Origin: Clostridiales bacterium
Lineage (GTDB): Bacteria; Bacillota; Clostridia; Lachnospirales; Vallitaleaceae
NCBI GenBank assembly: GCA_024636985.1
Contig: JAGXFY010000045.1
Span: 3,368-67,367, forward strand
Direction: 5' to 3'
Length of the DNA stretch: 64,000 nucleotides
The position numbers and the translations under genes were made by a program. The notes below the pieces were generated by a model, which did no database searches, was not told the origin of the DNA, and saw only the letters and a list, made by a program, of their open reading frames with translations. Shown piece by piece: positions 9,145 to 17,931 of the stretch. The stretch's first letter is position 1, and every line of letters starts with the position of its first letter.

Positions 9145-10888
9145 GATGAGGCATATTCGAATACCACTTTTTTATAAACTATTTGTAACATTCATTTTAT
9201 GTAGCACCATTCCATTGTTAATCATCAGTGGCTTGATGTATGGTCTATCAGTGAATTTCTTAAATAAGACCATTTACGATCAGACCTATACCAACGTGGA
9301 AGGGGCACATATTAGAATCAACGACAAGATTGTCGAATATGAAGGCATCATTCAAAGTATTATGAATAATGACGAAATCATTCAAGCCATCTCCACAGGG
9401 AATGAACAAGAGATTCATGAAAATACAGTCTATGAAATTATATATGAAGCCCTTATTGAACAAAGTACCAAACCGGTCGTACACATAACCAATCTATCAG
9501 GCAGTATTGCCTATTCCACAACCCCTTTTCCGGAAACGTACCGTGTAGGACTGAAAAATAAATGGGGTATTTTTAGAGATATTGATCGGAAAGTCAATCA
9601 AACAGTAATTTACCCACAAAAAATCACATATTCGTCTGGAAAAAGTAGTATCATTAGCTTGGGAAGTCAGATTCTTAATAGTGAAGGGAAACATGTCGGC
9701 TATATCTTGATTGATGTACCAAGAGAAGTTATTTTAGAGGAAATGAAAACAATTCACTCAGGATTATCTCTACACATTGTCTTGCTTGATAACAATGCCT
9801 ACACCTTATTGGATACACAAAACTCCAGTATGGAAGGAAAATTCCAAAGATCTTCCTACTTGGACCATGAAAAAAATTTGGAATATAAAAGTATCAAAGA
9901 GGAAATAAGTAAAGACAGTTTTTTAGTCGTGAATTTTGTAGATGAGAAGTTAGGTACCAGAACCATTGCTAATGTATCCTCAAATATTTTTCAGTCTTTT
10001 AATCGTATACTTGGGCTTATTCTATTAATAGGTGCCATTGTAAGCTTAAGCATATCCTGTATTATTTCCTATGTGTTGGCTCGGTTTATATCCCATCCTA
10101 TTAGAGAACTTATCAGCATTATGGGTGAGGTTGAGGAAGGTACATTTTCAGTCAAAGCAAATGCCAGAAGTAACGATGAGATAGGTGATCTGGCCAAGTA
10201 CTTTAACCAGATGTTAGATCGACTGAATTCATATATGAATAAGGTTATTGAAAAGCAACAGCAGCTTAGAACGACAGAAATCAAAATGCTCCAAGCCCAA
10301 GTGAACCCGCACTTTATTTACAACACCCTTGATGTTATCAAGTGGAGTGCTAAGATGGGTCAGAAAAGTGAAGTGGTAAGTGTTGTTACCAATCTAGCTA
10401 AAATACTAAGAAACAGTATTGACTGCGATGAAGAATTTGTTAGTGTCAAAAGGAGTATTAGCTTTATTGACAGTTATTTAGCCATACAAAAAATCAAATA
10501 CAATAATGCTTTTAAAATCATAAGGAACATCGATCATACAATTTTAGAATGTAAAGTTCCAAGGCTCATCATCCAACCTTTTGTCGAGAATGCAATTGTT
10601 CATGGACTTAGTAACAATTCCGGCAATGGTGAAATAAGCATTATTGGTTTTGTTGAAGCGGATACTATTAAGTTTCAGATTATAGATAACGGCATCGGAA
10701 TGACGGATGAGGAGATTAGGAAGGTATCCGATAACAAGTCAGATCAGCATATCGGAATACATAATGTGGATCAAAGAATTAAGTTATATTACGGAGAAGA
10801 CTATGGTGTTCATATAGAGAGTCAAAAATACAAAGGTACAAAAGTAGCCATAACAGTACCCTATTTATATGAAGGAGAAATCTTATGA
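9134..10888 (+). CDS. YesM-type sensor histidine kinase
   Basis: TM-extracellular-TM-HAMP layout; LQAQVNPHFIYNTL His box; IQPFVENAIVHG, IIDNGIG, HIGIHNV. Confidence 0.92.
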   Translation: MVNKMRHIRIPLFYKLFVTFILCSTIPLLIISGLMYGLSVNFLNKTIYDQTYTNVEGAHIRINDKIVEYEGIIQSIMNNDEIIQAISTGNEQEIHENTVYEIIYEALIEQSTKPVVHITNLSGSIAYSTTPFPETYRVGLKNKWGIFRDIDRKVNQTVIYPQKITYSSGKSSIISLGSQILNSEGKHVGYILIDVPREVILEEMKTIHSGLSLHIVLLDNNAYTLLDTQNSSMEGKFQRSSYLDHEKNLEYKSIKEEISKDSFLVVNFVDEKLGTRTIANVSSNIFQSFNRILGLILLIGAIVSLSISCIISYVLARFISHPIRELISIMGEVEEGTFSVKANARSNDEIGDLAKYFNQMLDRLNSYMNKVIEKQQQLRTTEIKMLQAQVNPHFIYNTLDVIKWSAKMGQKSEVVSVVTNLAKILRNSIDCDEEFVSVKRSISFIDSYLAIQKIKYNNAFKIIRNIDHTILECKVPRLIIQPFVENAIVHGLSNNSGNGEISIIGFVEADTIKFQIIDNGIGMTDEEIRKVSDNKSDQHIGIHNVDQRIKLYYGEDYGVHIESQKYKGTKVAITVPYLYEGEIL

Positions 10889-11715
10889 TTGGAATTGTAA
10901 TAGTTGAAGATGAGGCCTATATTAGAAAAGGTATGGTTTTGACGACACCCTGGCAGGAGTTTGGTTGTGAAGTCATAGGTGAAGCTAAGGACGGCTTAGA
11001 AGGTTACAATCTCATTAAAAAGCTTAAGCCCGATATCATTATAACGGATGTTAGTATGCCGGTTATGGATGGTATTGAAATGATTAGAAAACTAGATGAT
11101 CAATTAGAAGCGGAGTTTATTATCATATCTGGATTTAATGACTTTAATTATGCTCAACAAGCTATCAAATTAGGCGTTAAGGATTATCTATTAAAGCCCA
11201 TTGATGACGAGGACTTTTATTTCACACTCAAAAAGGTTGTAAAAGTCATAGAAGAAAGAAAGGAACAGATCAAACAATTAGAAAGACAAGTACTGATAGA
11301 AGAGGGTAAAACCGAACTTTTCTATGAAGAAAGTTATGATAATAATTATGATGGTAGAAAAAGATATGTTACCAAAGCGGTTAAGTGGATTGAAGAACAT
11401 TATCAAGAAGGTATTGCTATTGGAGAAGTAGCAGAAGCCTTGGAGATTAGTGAAAGCTATTTGAGTAGGTTATTTAAAAAATATACAGATTACACATTTG
11501 TTGAATTCTTAACAGACTATCGGCTCAAAATGGCAATACAACTCTTGAGGGATCATACCATAAAAGTTTATGAGGTTTCTGAGAAAGTGGGTTACAATGA
11601 CCCCAAATATTTCAGCATATTGTTTAAAAAGAAAATAGGTGTTACACCTATGGAGTTTAAAAACAACCTATCTGGGGAACTGGACAAAAAACAAAAAGAT
11701 GAGTATAATGAATGA
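10885..11715 (+). CDS. YesN-type response regulator (REC + AraC HTH)
   Basis: IVEDE...TDVSMPVMDG receiver; SESYLSRLFKK and VGYNDPKYFSILFKK AraC motifs. Confidence 0.92.
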   Translation: MIGIVIVEDEAYIRKGMVLTTPWQEFGCEVIGEAKDGLEGYNLIKKLKPDIIITDVSMPVMDGIEMIRKLDDQLEAEFIIISGFNDFNYAQQAIKLGVKDYLLKPIDDEDFYFTLKKVVKVIEERKEQIKQLERQVLIEEGKTELFYEESYDNNYDGRKRYVTKAVKWIEEHYQEGIAIGEVAEALEISESYLSRLFKKYTDYTFVEFLTDYRLKMAIQLLRDHTIKVYEVSEKVGYNDPKYFSILFKKKIGVTPMEFKNNLSGELDKKQKDEYNE

Positions 11716-11767
11716 AAAACAGAACTAAGTAGCGATAAATATATACAAAAACACCGGTAAAATCAAG

Positions 11768-11816
11768 AAAAAAGAAGTGAGTTCATATTATTCAACAAAA
11801 AAACAGGATAGTTCAT
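11768..11816 (+). promoter_or_regulatory. Direct repeat, candidate binding site for the AraC-type response regulator
   Basis: AAAAAAGAAGTGAGTTCAT (11768) and AAAAAACAGGATAGTTCAT (11798): 15/19 identical, 30-bp period. Confidence 0.4.
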
Positions 11817-11821
11817 TGATG

Positions 11822-11868
11822 TATATATAAAAAAGCTATATAGTCTCTATATAGCTTTTTTATATATA
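11822..11868. repeat. Perfect 22-bp-arm inverted repeat upstream of the DUF47 gene
   Basis: TATATATAAAAAAGCTATATAG-TCT-CTATATAGCTTTTTTATATATA. Confidence 0.85.
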
Positions 11869-11910
11869 AGAACCTTTAATTTAGCATATCGGCAAAGAAG
11901 GAGAAAAGAC

Positions 11911-12561
11911 ATGAACATATTTCAAGACAGAAATAGAGAATTAGAGATTGAAATCGATTTATACCTCAACTGTCTTCAAAAAGGTGCGATGACTTTTTAT
12001 GAAGGTATCAAGGACTATATGACAAATAATTGCCAACAATTTGAGGAGCGTATTAAAGTCGTCGTAGAACAGGAAAGTGAAGCGGATGAACATCTAAAAA
12101 ATCTAAAATTTATCTTATACAGATATAATTTGTTACCGGATTTAAGTGCAGACATATTAGAGCTTATGGATTCCATGGACGATATTGGTGATATTTCCAA
12201 ACAAATGCTTTTAGACCTACAAGTTGAGCAACCTAAAATAGGAGAGGACTTTAAAGAAGACTTTATTCTGATTGCAAAAACGTCACTCAAAGCAGTCGAA
12301 ACACTAATTCGTGGTGTTAGAGTTTATTTTACCGAGTACAAGACCATAGAAGACTATATTAGTAAAGTATATTTTTATGAATCAGAAGTGGATAAATTGG
12401 AGCACAAACTGAAGATCAAAATTTTTGCAGACAAAGACCATTTAAAACTTAGTGAGAAAATGCATCAACGCTATTTTGCGCAAAAAACAGCAAGACTTTC
12501 AGACATAGCAGAAGAAATGGCTATTAAACTATCCGTGTTTAGATTTAAGAGAGGCATATAA
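11911..12561 (+). CDS. DUF47 / PhoU-like phosphate transport regulator
   Basis: Helical protein with repeated ESEAD / ESEVD...SDIAEE motifs; directly upstream of a PiT gene. Confidence 0.85.
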   Translation: MNIFQDRNRELEIEIDLYLNCLQKGAMTFYEGIKDYMTNNCQQFEERIKVVVEQESEADEHLKNLKFILYRYNLLPDLSADILELMDSMDDIGDISKQMLLDLQVEQPKIGEDFKEDFILIAKTSLKAVETLIRGVRVYFTEYKTIEDYISKVYFYESEVDKLEHKLKIKIFADKDHLKLSEKMHQRYFAQKTARLSDIAEEMAIKLSVFRFKRGI

Positions 12562-12588
12562 TGGAAGTGACGACAGCAGAGGGAGGCG

Positions 12589-13659
12589 TTGAGTGAAATG
12601 AATTTTACAATGGCAACAGGCATATTTTTGTCTGCAGGATTGTTCATGGGATGGTCTCTTGGTGGCAATGATGCAGCCAATATTTTTGGAACTGCGGTAG
12701 GTACCAGAATGGTCAAATTTTCTACAGCTGCCATCATCTGTAGCATATTTGTTATCTTAGGCGCTGTATTAAGCGGAACAGGCGCTTCTCATACGCTTGG
12801 CCAACTGGGTGCCATCAATGCTATAGGCGGTTCATTTGCCGTGTCGGCTTCAGCTGCTTTTACAGTCATGGTGATGACCGGAAAAGGACTACCTGTATCC
12901 ACATCTCAAGCAGTTGTTGGCGCAATTATCGGATGGAATATTTTTGGAGGTATAAAGACAGAAATGGCAGTGGTCTATAAAATCGTAGGCACATGGGTCT
13001 TCACTCCAATATTAGCAGCACTATTTGCAGTCATTTTTTATTGGATTATTAAATATATGGTAGAACACACTAAAATACATATTGTCAAAATGGATAAATA
13101 TACAAGATATGCCTTAATGATAGCCGGTGCTTTTGGAGCGTATAGCTTAGGTGCCAACAATATTGCCAATGTCATGGGTGTTTTTATAAATGTATCTCCA
13201 TTTGCAACCGTAAGGATTTCTGAAAACATTACCATAACCAGTACCCAACAGCTCTTTTTTCTAGGTGCATTGGCAATCTCCCTTGGCGTATTCACTTACT
13301 CCAAGAAAGTAATGTTAACTGTAGGAAAAAGCATCTTTAAGCTCTCACCGATAAGTGCTTTCATAGTGGTTTTGGCCACCTCTACGGTCCTATTTCTATT
13401 TTCCTCGGAGTCTTTAAGCATTTGGCTGACATCAAGGAACCTTCCTGCATTTCCACTGGTACCTGTATCCCAGTCTCAAGCAGTTGTTGGCGCCATTATG
13501 GGCATCGGTTTGGCAAAAGGCGGTAGAAACATTAACATGAAAGAGCTTGGAAGAATTGGATCAGGATGGATCATGACACCCCTTATATCCATGATGATTT
13601 CTTTACTTTCACTATATATTCTTCAAAATGTATTTATGCAAACAGTCATAAATTACTAA
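12589..13659 (+). CDS. pit: PiT-family inorganic phosphate transporter
   Basis: GGNDAANIFGTAVG and GANNIANVMG signature repeats; PVSTSQAVVG / PVSQSQAVVG. Confidence 0.9.
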   Translation: MSEMNFTMATGIFLSAGLFMGWSLGGNDAANIFGTAVGTRMVKFSTAAIICSIFVILGAVLSGTGASHTLGQLGAINAIGGSFAVSASAAFTVMVMTGKGLPVSTSQAVVGAIIGWNIFGGIKTEMAVVYKIVGTWVFTPILAALFAVIFYWIIKYMVEHTKIHIVKMDKYTRYALMIAGAFGAYSLGANNIANVMGVFINVSPFATVRISENITITSTQQLFFLGALAISLGVFTYSKKVMLTVGKSIFKLSPISAFIVVLATSTVLFLFSSESLSIWLTSRNLPAFPLVPVSQSQAVVGAIMGIGLAKGGRNINMKELGRIGSGWIMTPLISMMISLLSLYILQNVFMQTVINY

Positions 13660-13668
13660 TTTACGCCC

Positions 13669-13808
13669 CTCTCCTTTATCTCCCAGAAGATAAAGGATAT
13701 AGCTAAGTTTCACAAATCAGTCATAGATATATAGATTCCGTTGAAGCATTCGGAACTATATACCTCTGACTGAAGCTCAACTAATAGCTCTCTCCTTTAT
13801 CTCCCAGA
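13669..13808. repeat. 19-bp direct repeat enclosing a ~115-nt rod-like inverted repeat
   Basis: CTCTCCTTTATCTCCCAGA at 13669-13687 and 13790-13808; AGATAAAGGA (13688-13697) can pair with either copy. Confidence 0.7.
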
Positions 13809-13818
13809 TTAAAGTTAT

Positions 13819-13875
13819 AAAAGGACTTTGTAAGCCATTTTGCAATATATGCAGATGGCGTGCAAAGTTCTTTTT
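13819..13875 (+). terminator. Long hairpin terminator ending the pit transcript
   Basis: AAAAGGACTTTGTA...TGCAAAGTTCTTTTT with an inner GCCAT/ATGGC stem. Confidence 0.6.
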
Positions 13876-13927
13876 ATTGTTCAAAAGACAGATTTCAAGG
13901 ATTTTCAATGAAATGAGCTATAAGATA

Positions 13928-13955
13928 TTGACATATGAGCGTCTTCTGTTATAAT
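13928..13955 (+). promoter_or_regulatory. SigA promoter of thrS
   Basis: TTGACA, 16 bp, TGn-TATAAT. Confidence 0.75.
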
Positions 13956-13974
13956 TATGCTATTACATATCAAT

Positions 13975-14190
13975 AAATCGTTGAAGAGACAAGTAGAATG
14001 AAGTACGGATTAACAGAGAGAAAATCATAGTTGAGAGATTTTTATTCCTATTCATTTGAAGACTACCTCTGAGAGATTCTAATACAATCCGTTGACTACG
14101 TTATCGTCGAATGAAGTGATAGGAAACTATTATTAGGGTGGAACCGCGGGTTGACTCGTCCCTTGCTAATGCAAGCGATGGGTCTTTTTT
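13975..14190 (+). promoter_or_regulatory. T-box riboswitch (Thr)
   Basis: AGAGA and GTTGAGAG stem I motifs; specifier GAAG-ACT-A (Thr codon at 14062-14064); T-box TAGGGTGGAACCGCG at 14134-14148; terminator hairpin + T tract. Confidence 0.92.
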
Positions 14191-14258
14191 GTTTTGTATA
14201 AAGTGCACCAATTTGACCATAACGCGTATCAAGTAAATTGAAGAAAGAAGGAGAAAAA

Positions 14259-16145
14259 ATGATTATAACATTGAAAGATGGCAATACATTAGAATTTGAA
14301 CAAAAAGTAAGTGTACTGGATATAGCAAAAACCATTAGTGAAGGCCTAGCAAGACAAGCTTTGGTCGGTGAGGTTGATGGAGCAATAGCAGACTTAAGAG
14401 ATGAAGTAAGTGAAGATGCCCAAGTAAATATACTTACCTTCAATGACAAAGCCGGCAAAAAAGCTTTTTGGCATTCAGCATCCCATTTGCTGGCCCATGC
14501 AGTAAAAAGACTTTATCCGGAAACAAAACTAGCTATAGGACCGGCAATAGACAATGGTTTCTATTATGATTTAGATCGCGCGACACCTTTTTCAGTAGAA
14601 GAATTGGCACTTATTGAAGGTGAAATGAAGAAAATCGCATCTGAGAACTTGGAGATTACCAGATTTGAGTTACCAAGAGAAGCGGCTATCGAACTCATGC
14701 AGGAGAAATCAGAAGACTATAAAGTTGAGTTGATTCAGGATTTACCTGAGGATGCTAAGATCTCCTTTTATCAACAAGGTGACTTTGTTGACTTATGTGC
14801 AGGTCCTCATATTGTTAGAACCAAAGACATTAAGGCATTTAAGTTGACCAGTGTTGCGGGCGCCTATTGGCGTGGTTCTGAAGACAACAAGATGTTAACG
14901 AGAATCTATGGTACAGCTTTTCCTAAGGCGAAGGATCTGAAGGAATATCTAGATATGATTGAAGAAGCCAAAAAAAGAGATCATCGTAAACTAGGAAAAG
15001 AACTTGAACTCTTCACAATGTATGATGAAGGCCCAGGATTCCCTGTATTTTTAAACAAAGGTATTATTCTCAAGGATATATTGATTAAATACTGGAAAGA
15101 AATACATAAGAAAAATGGCTATGAAGAAGTGTCAACGCCGATTATCTTAAACAAAAGTCTGTGGGAAACTTCGGGACATTGGGATCATTATAGGGATAAC
15201 ATGTACACAACTCAAATAGATGATGAAGATTTTGCGGTTAAACCAATGAACTGTCCAGGTGGCATGCTGGCTTTTAAAACAAAGCAACATTCCTATAGAG
15301 ATCTACCTCTTAGAATGGGCGAACTAGGTTTGGTTCACCGTCATGAAATGAGTGGGGCTCTGCATGGTCTTATGCGTGTACGAAGCTTTACCCAAGATGA
15401 TGCCCATATATTTATGACCAGATCACAGGTAACAGAAGAGATCATAAACGTTATTAATCTGATTGATGAAGTTTATGCAAAATTCGGTTTCAGTTATCAT
15501 GTGGAATTATCCACCAAGCCGGAAGGCAGTATTGGGGTACAAGAAGATTGGGATATGGCAGAAGCATCTTTAAAAGAAGCCTTAGATCAAAAAGGGATGG
15601 CCTATATCTTAAATGAAGGCGATGGAGCCTTCTATGGTCCTAAGATTGACTTCCATTTAAGAGACTGTATTGGACGTACTTGGCAATGTGGCACCATTCA
15701 ACTCGACTTCCAATTGCCTCAGAGATTTGAGCTTGAGTATATTGAGCATGATAACTCTAAGCAAAGGCCCATCATGTTACACCGTGTTGTTTATGGATCT
15801 ATTGAGCGTTTTATCGGAATCTTGATAGAACACTTTGCAGGTGCATTCCCTTACTGGTTAGCACCGGTACAAGTGAAAGTACTACCAATATCACCAGAAT
15901 TTGATGATTATGCCAAAGAAGTAATGGCTAAACTCGATGAACAAGGTGTTCGAGTAGAGGGTGACCTTAGAAACGAACGTATCGGCTACAAGATCCGAGA
16001 AGGTGGTATGGAGAAAATCCCATTCCTATTAATCGTAGGCGAGAATGAGCGAAACGCCGAATCCGTCTCAATACGACCCTTTGGTCAACAAAAAAATGAT
16101 GAAATGTCCTTAGTTGACTTCATAGAAAAAGTCAAAGAACTATAA
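14259..16145 (+). CDS. thrS: Threonyl-tRNA synthetase
   Basis: TGS domain; WHSASHLLA; DLCAGPH; RDHRKLG; KPMNCP; GAFYGPKID; probable ATG at 14259. Confidence 0.98.
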   Translation: MIITLKDGNTLEFEQKVSVLDIAKTISEGLARQALVGEVDGAIADLRDEVSEDAQVNILTFNDKAGKKAFWHSASHLLAHAVKRLYPETKLAIGPAIDNGFYYDLDRATPFSVEELALIEGEMKKIASENLEITRFELPREAAIELMQEKSEDYKVELIQDLPEDAKISFYQQGDFVDLCAGPHIVRTKDIKAFKLTSVAGAYWRGSEDNKMLTRIYGTAFPKAKDLKEYLDMIEEAKKRDHRKLGKELELFTMYDEGPGFPVFLNKGIILKDILIKYWKEIHKKNGYEEVSTPIILNKSLWETSGHWDHYRDNMYTTQIDDEDFAVKPMNCPGGMLAFKTKQHSYRDLPLRMGELGLVHRHEMSGALHGLMRVRSFTQDDAHIFMTRSQVTEEIINVINLIDEVYAKFGFSYHVELSTKPEGSIGVQEDWDMAEASLKEALDQKGMAYILNEGDGAFYGPKIDFHLRDCIGRTWQCGTIQLDFQLPQRFELEYIEHDNSKQRPIMLHRVVYGSIERFIGILIEHFAGAFPYWLAPVQVKVLPISPEFDDYAKEVMAKLDEQGVRVEGDLRNERIGYKIREGGMEKIPFLLIVGENERNAESVSIRPFGQQKNDEMSLVDFIEKVKEL

Positions 16146-16149
16146 AAAA

Positions 16150-16187
16150 GTTAAAGTGTCAAACTCAGTCTGACACTTTAACCATAA
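16150..16187. repeat. Short hairpin whose ends resemble those of the 1139-1261 element
   Basis: GTTAAAGTGTCA-(9 nt)-TGACACTTTAAC, then CATAA. Confidence 0.6.
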
Positions 16188-16207
16188 AAACAAATTAATC
16201 CTATAAT

Positions 16208-16245
16208 AAATGTTGAAGTGATATTCACTCAACATTTATTTTTTT
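16208..16245 (+). terminator. Intrinsic terminator after thrS
   Basis: AAATGTTG-A-AGTGA-TAT-TCACT-CAACATTT followed by a T tract. Confidence 0.6.
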
Positions 16246-16403
16246 GCGAAAATTTAAGAGAAAAAAAACGTTTATATAATCAAGTCACTATTACAATCAT
16301 CAAACAAACAACATAAAGTATGCGTAATTTTAATAAGTAAAATCGTAAGAGCTATATGATGAGCTAAGAGTGACTAATAATACCATAATAGCCAATATCG
16401 ATC

Positions 16404-16525
16404 ATGAAGTTCCTGGAACAGTGTGTATGACTTAAGCTAGTCTGCATGGATGCAGACCGCCGACTTTTGGTGCAGGACGCACCAATCGGAGGCCGTAGTT
16501 ATATACACTGTGGAAGGGTTTTCAT
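16404..16525 (+). ncRNA. Candidate structured non-coding RNA with GGA-containing loops
   Basis: 15-bp stem (16418-16432 with 16497-16511) closes two hairpins with loops AUGGAU and AGGAC; outer stem 16404-16413 with 16516-16525; G-U pairs favour the + strand. Confidence 0.5.
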
Positions 16526-16557
16526 GGGACCTCTTTAGAAACATATTCATTTTATCC

Positions 16558-17919
16558 CTAACCCCTAACTCTCCTAACCAAATCAACTGCAGTCTTATGG
16601 GCATCTTTAGCCATTTGCTCCGTATCAATCTTCTGTAGCACACCGTCTTTAGAGACAATCTCACCTGCGACAATGGTCATCTTAGTATAAGAATGATTAC
16701 CAAGACATACAAGTGAAACCAAAGGATCGTGACAACCGGCATACTCAATCCCGGACAAATCAAAGAGATTAAGATCTGCTGCCATACCTGGCGCTAGATA
16801 TCCGGTGTCGGTTCTTCCAAGAACCTGTGCGCCACCTCTTGTAGATATTTTTAGAATATTATAGGCATCTAGACCTTCTGTACCGTACTTAAGATGATTG
16901 AGCAAATAAGCCCGTCTAACTTCCTCCCACATATTTGAACCATCATTACTAGCACTTCCATCCACAGCAATACTGATGTTGGCACCTATATTATGAAGTT
17001 CTGACGTTCTGCAGATACCACTGTTAAGCTTCATATTGCTAGAAGGACAATGGGCAATACCGGAGCCATTGAGACGATGTATTTCATGATCATCTAGGAA
17101 AATGCCATGGGCGTACCAAACATCTTTTCCGACCCAACCCAGATCCTCCATGAGCTCAAAAGGCCTACGTCCATATTTTTCTAGGCAGAAGGCTTCTTCA
17201 TCTAAGGTCTCAGCTAAATGGGTATGCATCATGACCTTATGTTCTCTGGCAAGTAGGGCTGTGTTTTTCATTAGGTCAGTCGTTACTGAAAAAGGTGAGC
17301 AAGGTGCCAGTGCAATTCTAGTCATAGCATAGTCGGATGGGTCATGATACGTCTGAATGAGTCTAAGAGAATCTTCAAGAATAAGAGACTCTTCTTGAAC
17401 AACCGTCATGGGCGGCAAGCCACCATGATCTCTCCCAAGAGACATAGAACCTCTTGTGGCATGGAACCGCATACCAATGTCTTTTGCAGCTTGAATCTGT
17501 TCATCAATTAAAGTAGAAGGCTGCCCATTTGGAAAAACATAATGATGATCGGCAGTTAAGGTGCAACCGGTGCGTAATAATTCTGAGAAACCAACCATGG
17601 CACCATGATACACAGCTGTTGGAGTCAGATGTTGCCAGAATTCATAAAGACCAATCAGCCAAGGGAAAAGCGGTTTTTCTTGAACTTCTTTAAGACCTCT
17701 AAACAAGGTTTGATAAAGATGATGATGGGTGTTAACAAATCCGGGTAAGGCAACAAGACCTTTACAGTCGATAATCTTAGTATCTGTAGCTGAAGGTAGG
17801 TCGTGGCCGATAGCGGTTATAACACCATTTACAATGAGTAGGTCCTGATGCTCCAAGTGTTCTTCCTGATTATTAAACGTATAGATGTGGTCAATGTTCT
17901 TTAACAATAACGATGACAT
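16558..17919 (-). CDS. 8-oxoguanine deaminase / AtzB-like amidohydrolase
   Basis: PGFVNTHHHLYQT, HTHLAE, WYAHG, AHCPSSNMKL and VDGSASND metal-site motifs; ATG at 17919 after AGGAGG. Confidence 0.87.
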   Translation of the reverse strand: MSSLLLKNIDHIYTFNNQEEHLEHQDLLIVNGVITAIGHDLPSATDTKIIDCKGLVALPGFVNTHHHLYQTLFRGLKEVQEKPLFPWLIGLYEFWQHLTPTAVYHGAMVGFSELLRTGCTLTADHHYVFPNGQPSTLIDEQIQAAKDIGMRFHATRGSMSLGRDHGGLPPMTVVQEESLILEDSLRLIQTYHDPSDYAMTRIALAPCSPFSVTTDLMKNTALLAREHKVMMHTHLAETLDEEAFCLEKYGRRPFELMEDLGWVGKDVWYAHGIFLDDHEIHRLNGSGIAHCPSSNMKLNSGICRTSELHNIGANISIAVDGSASNDGSNMWEEVRRAYLLNHLKYGTEGLDAYNILKISTRGGAQVLGRTDTGYLAPGMAADLNLFDLSGIEYAGCHDPLVSLVCLGNHSYTKMTIVAGEIVSKDGVLQKIDTEQMAKDAHKTAVDLVRRVRG

Positions 17920-17931
17920 AGAAACCTCCTT

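Noticed and set aside
16404-16525. 6S RNA, SRP RNA, tmRNA or a self-cleaving ribozyme
   Set aside because: No large central bubble, no SRP domain IV motif, no tRNA-like ends, and no hammerhead CUGAUGA/GAAA core.
16437-16673. ORFs 16450-16638 (+) and 16437-16673 (-) over the structured region
   Set aside because: Both overlap the deaminase 3' end, lack an SD and show no protein motifs; RNA structure explains the region better.
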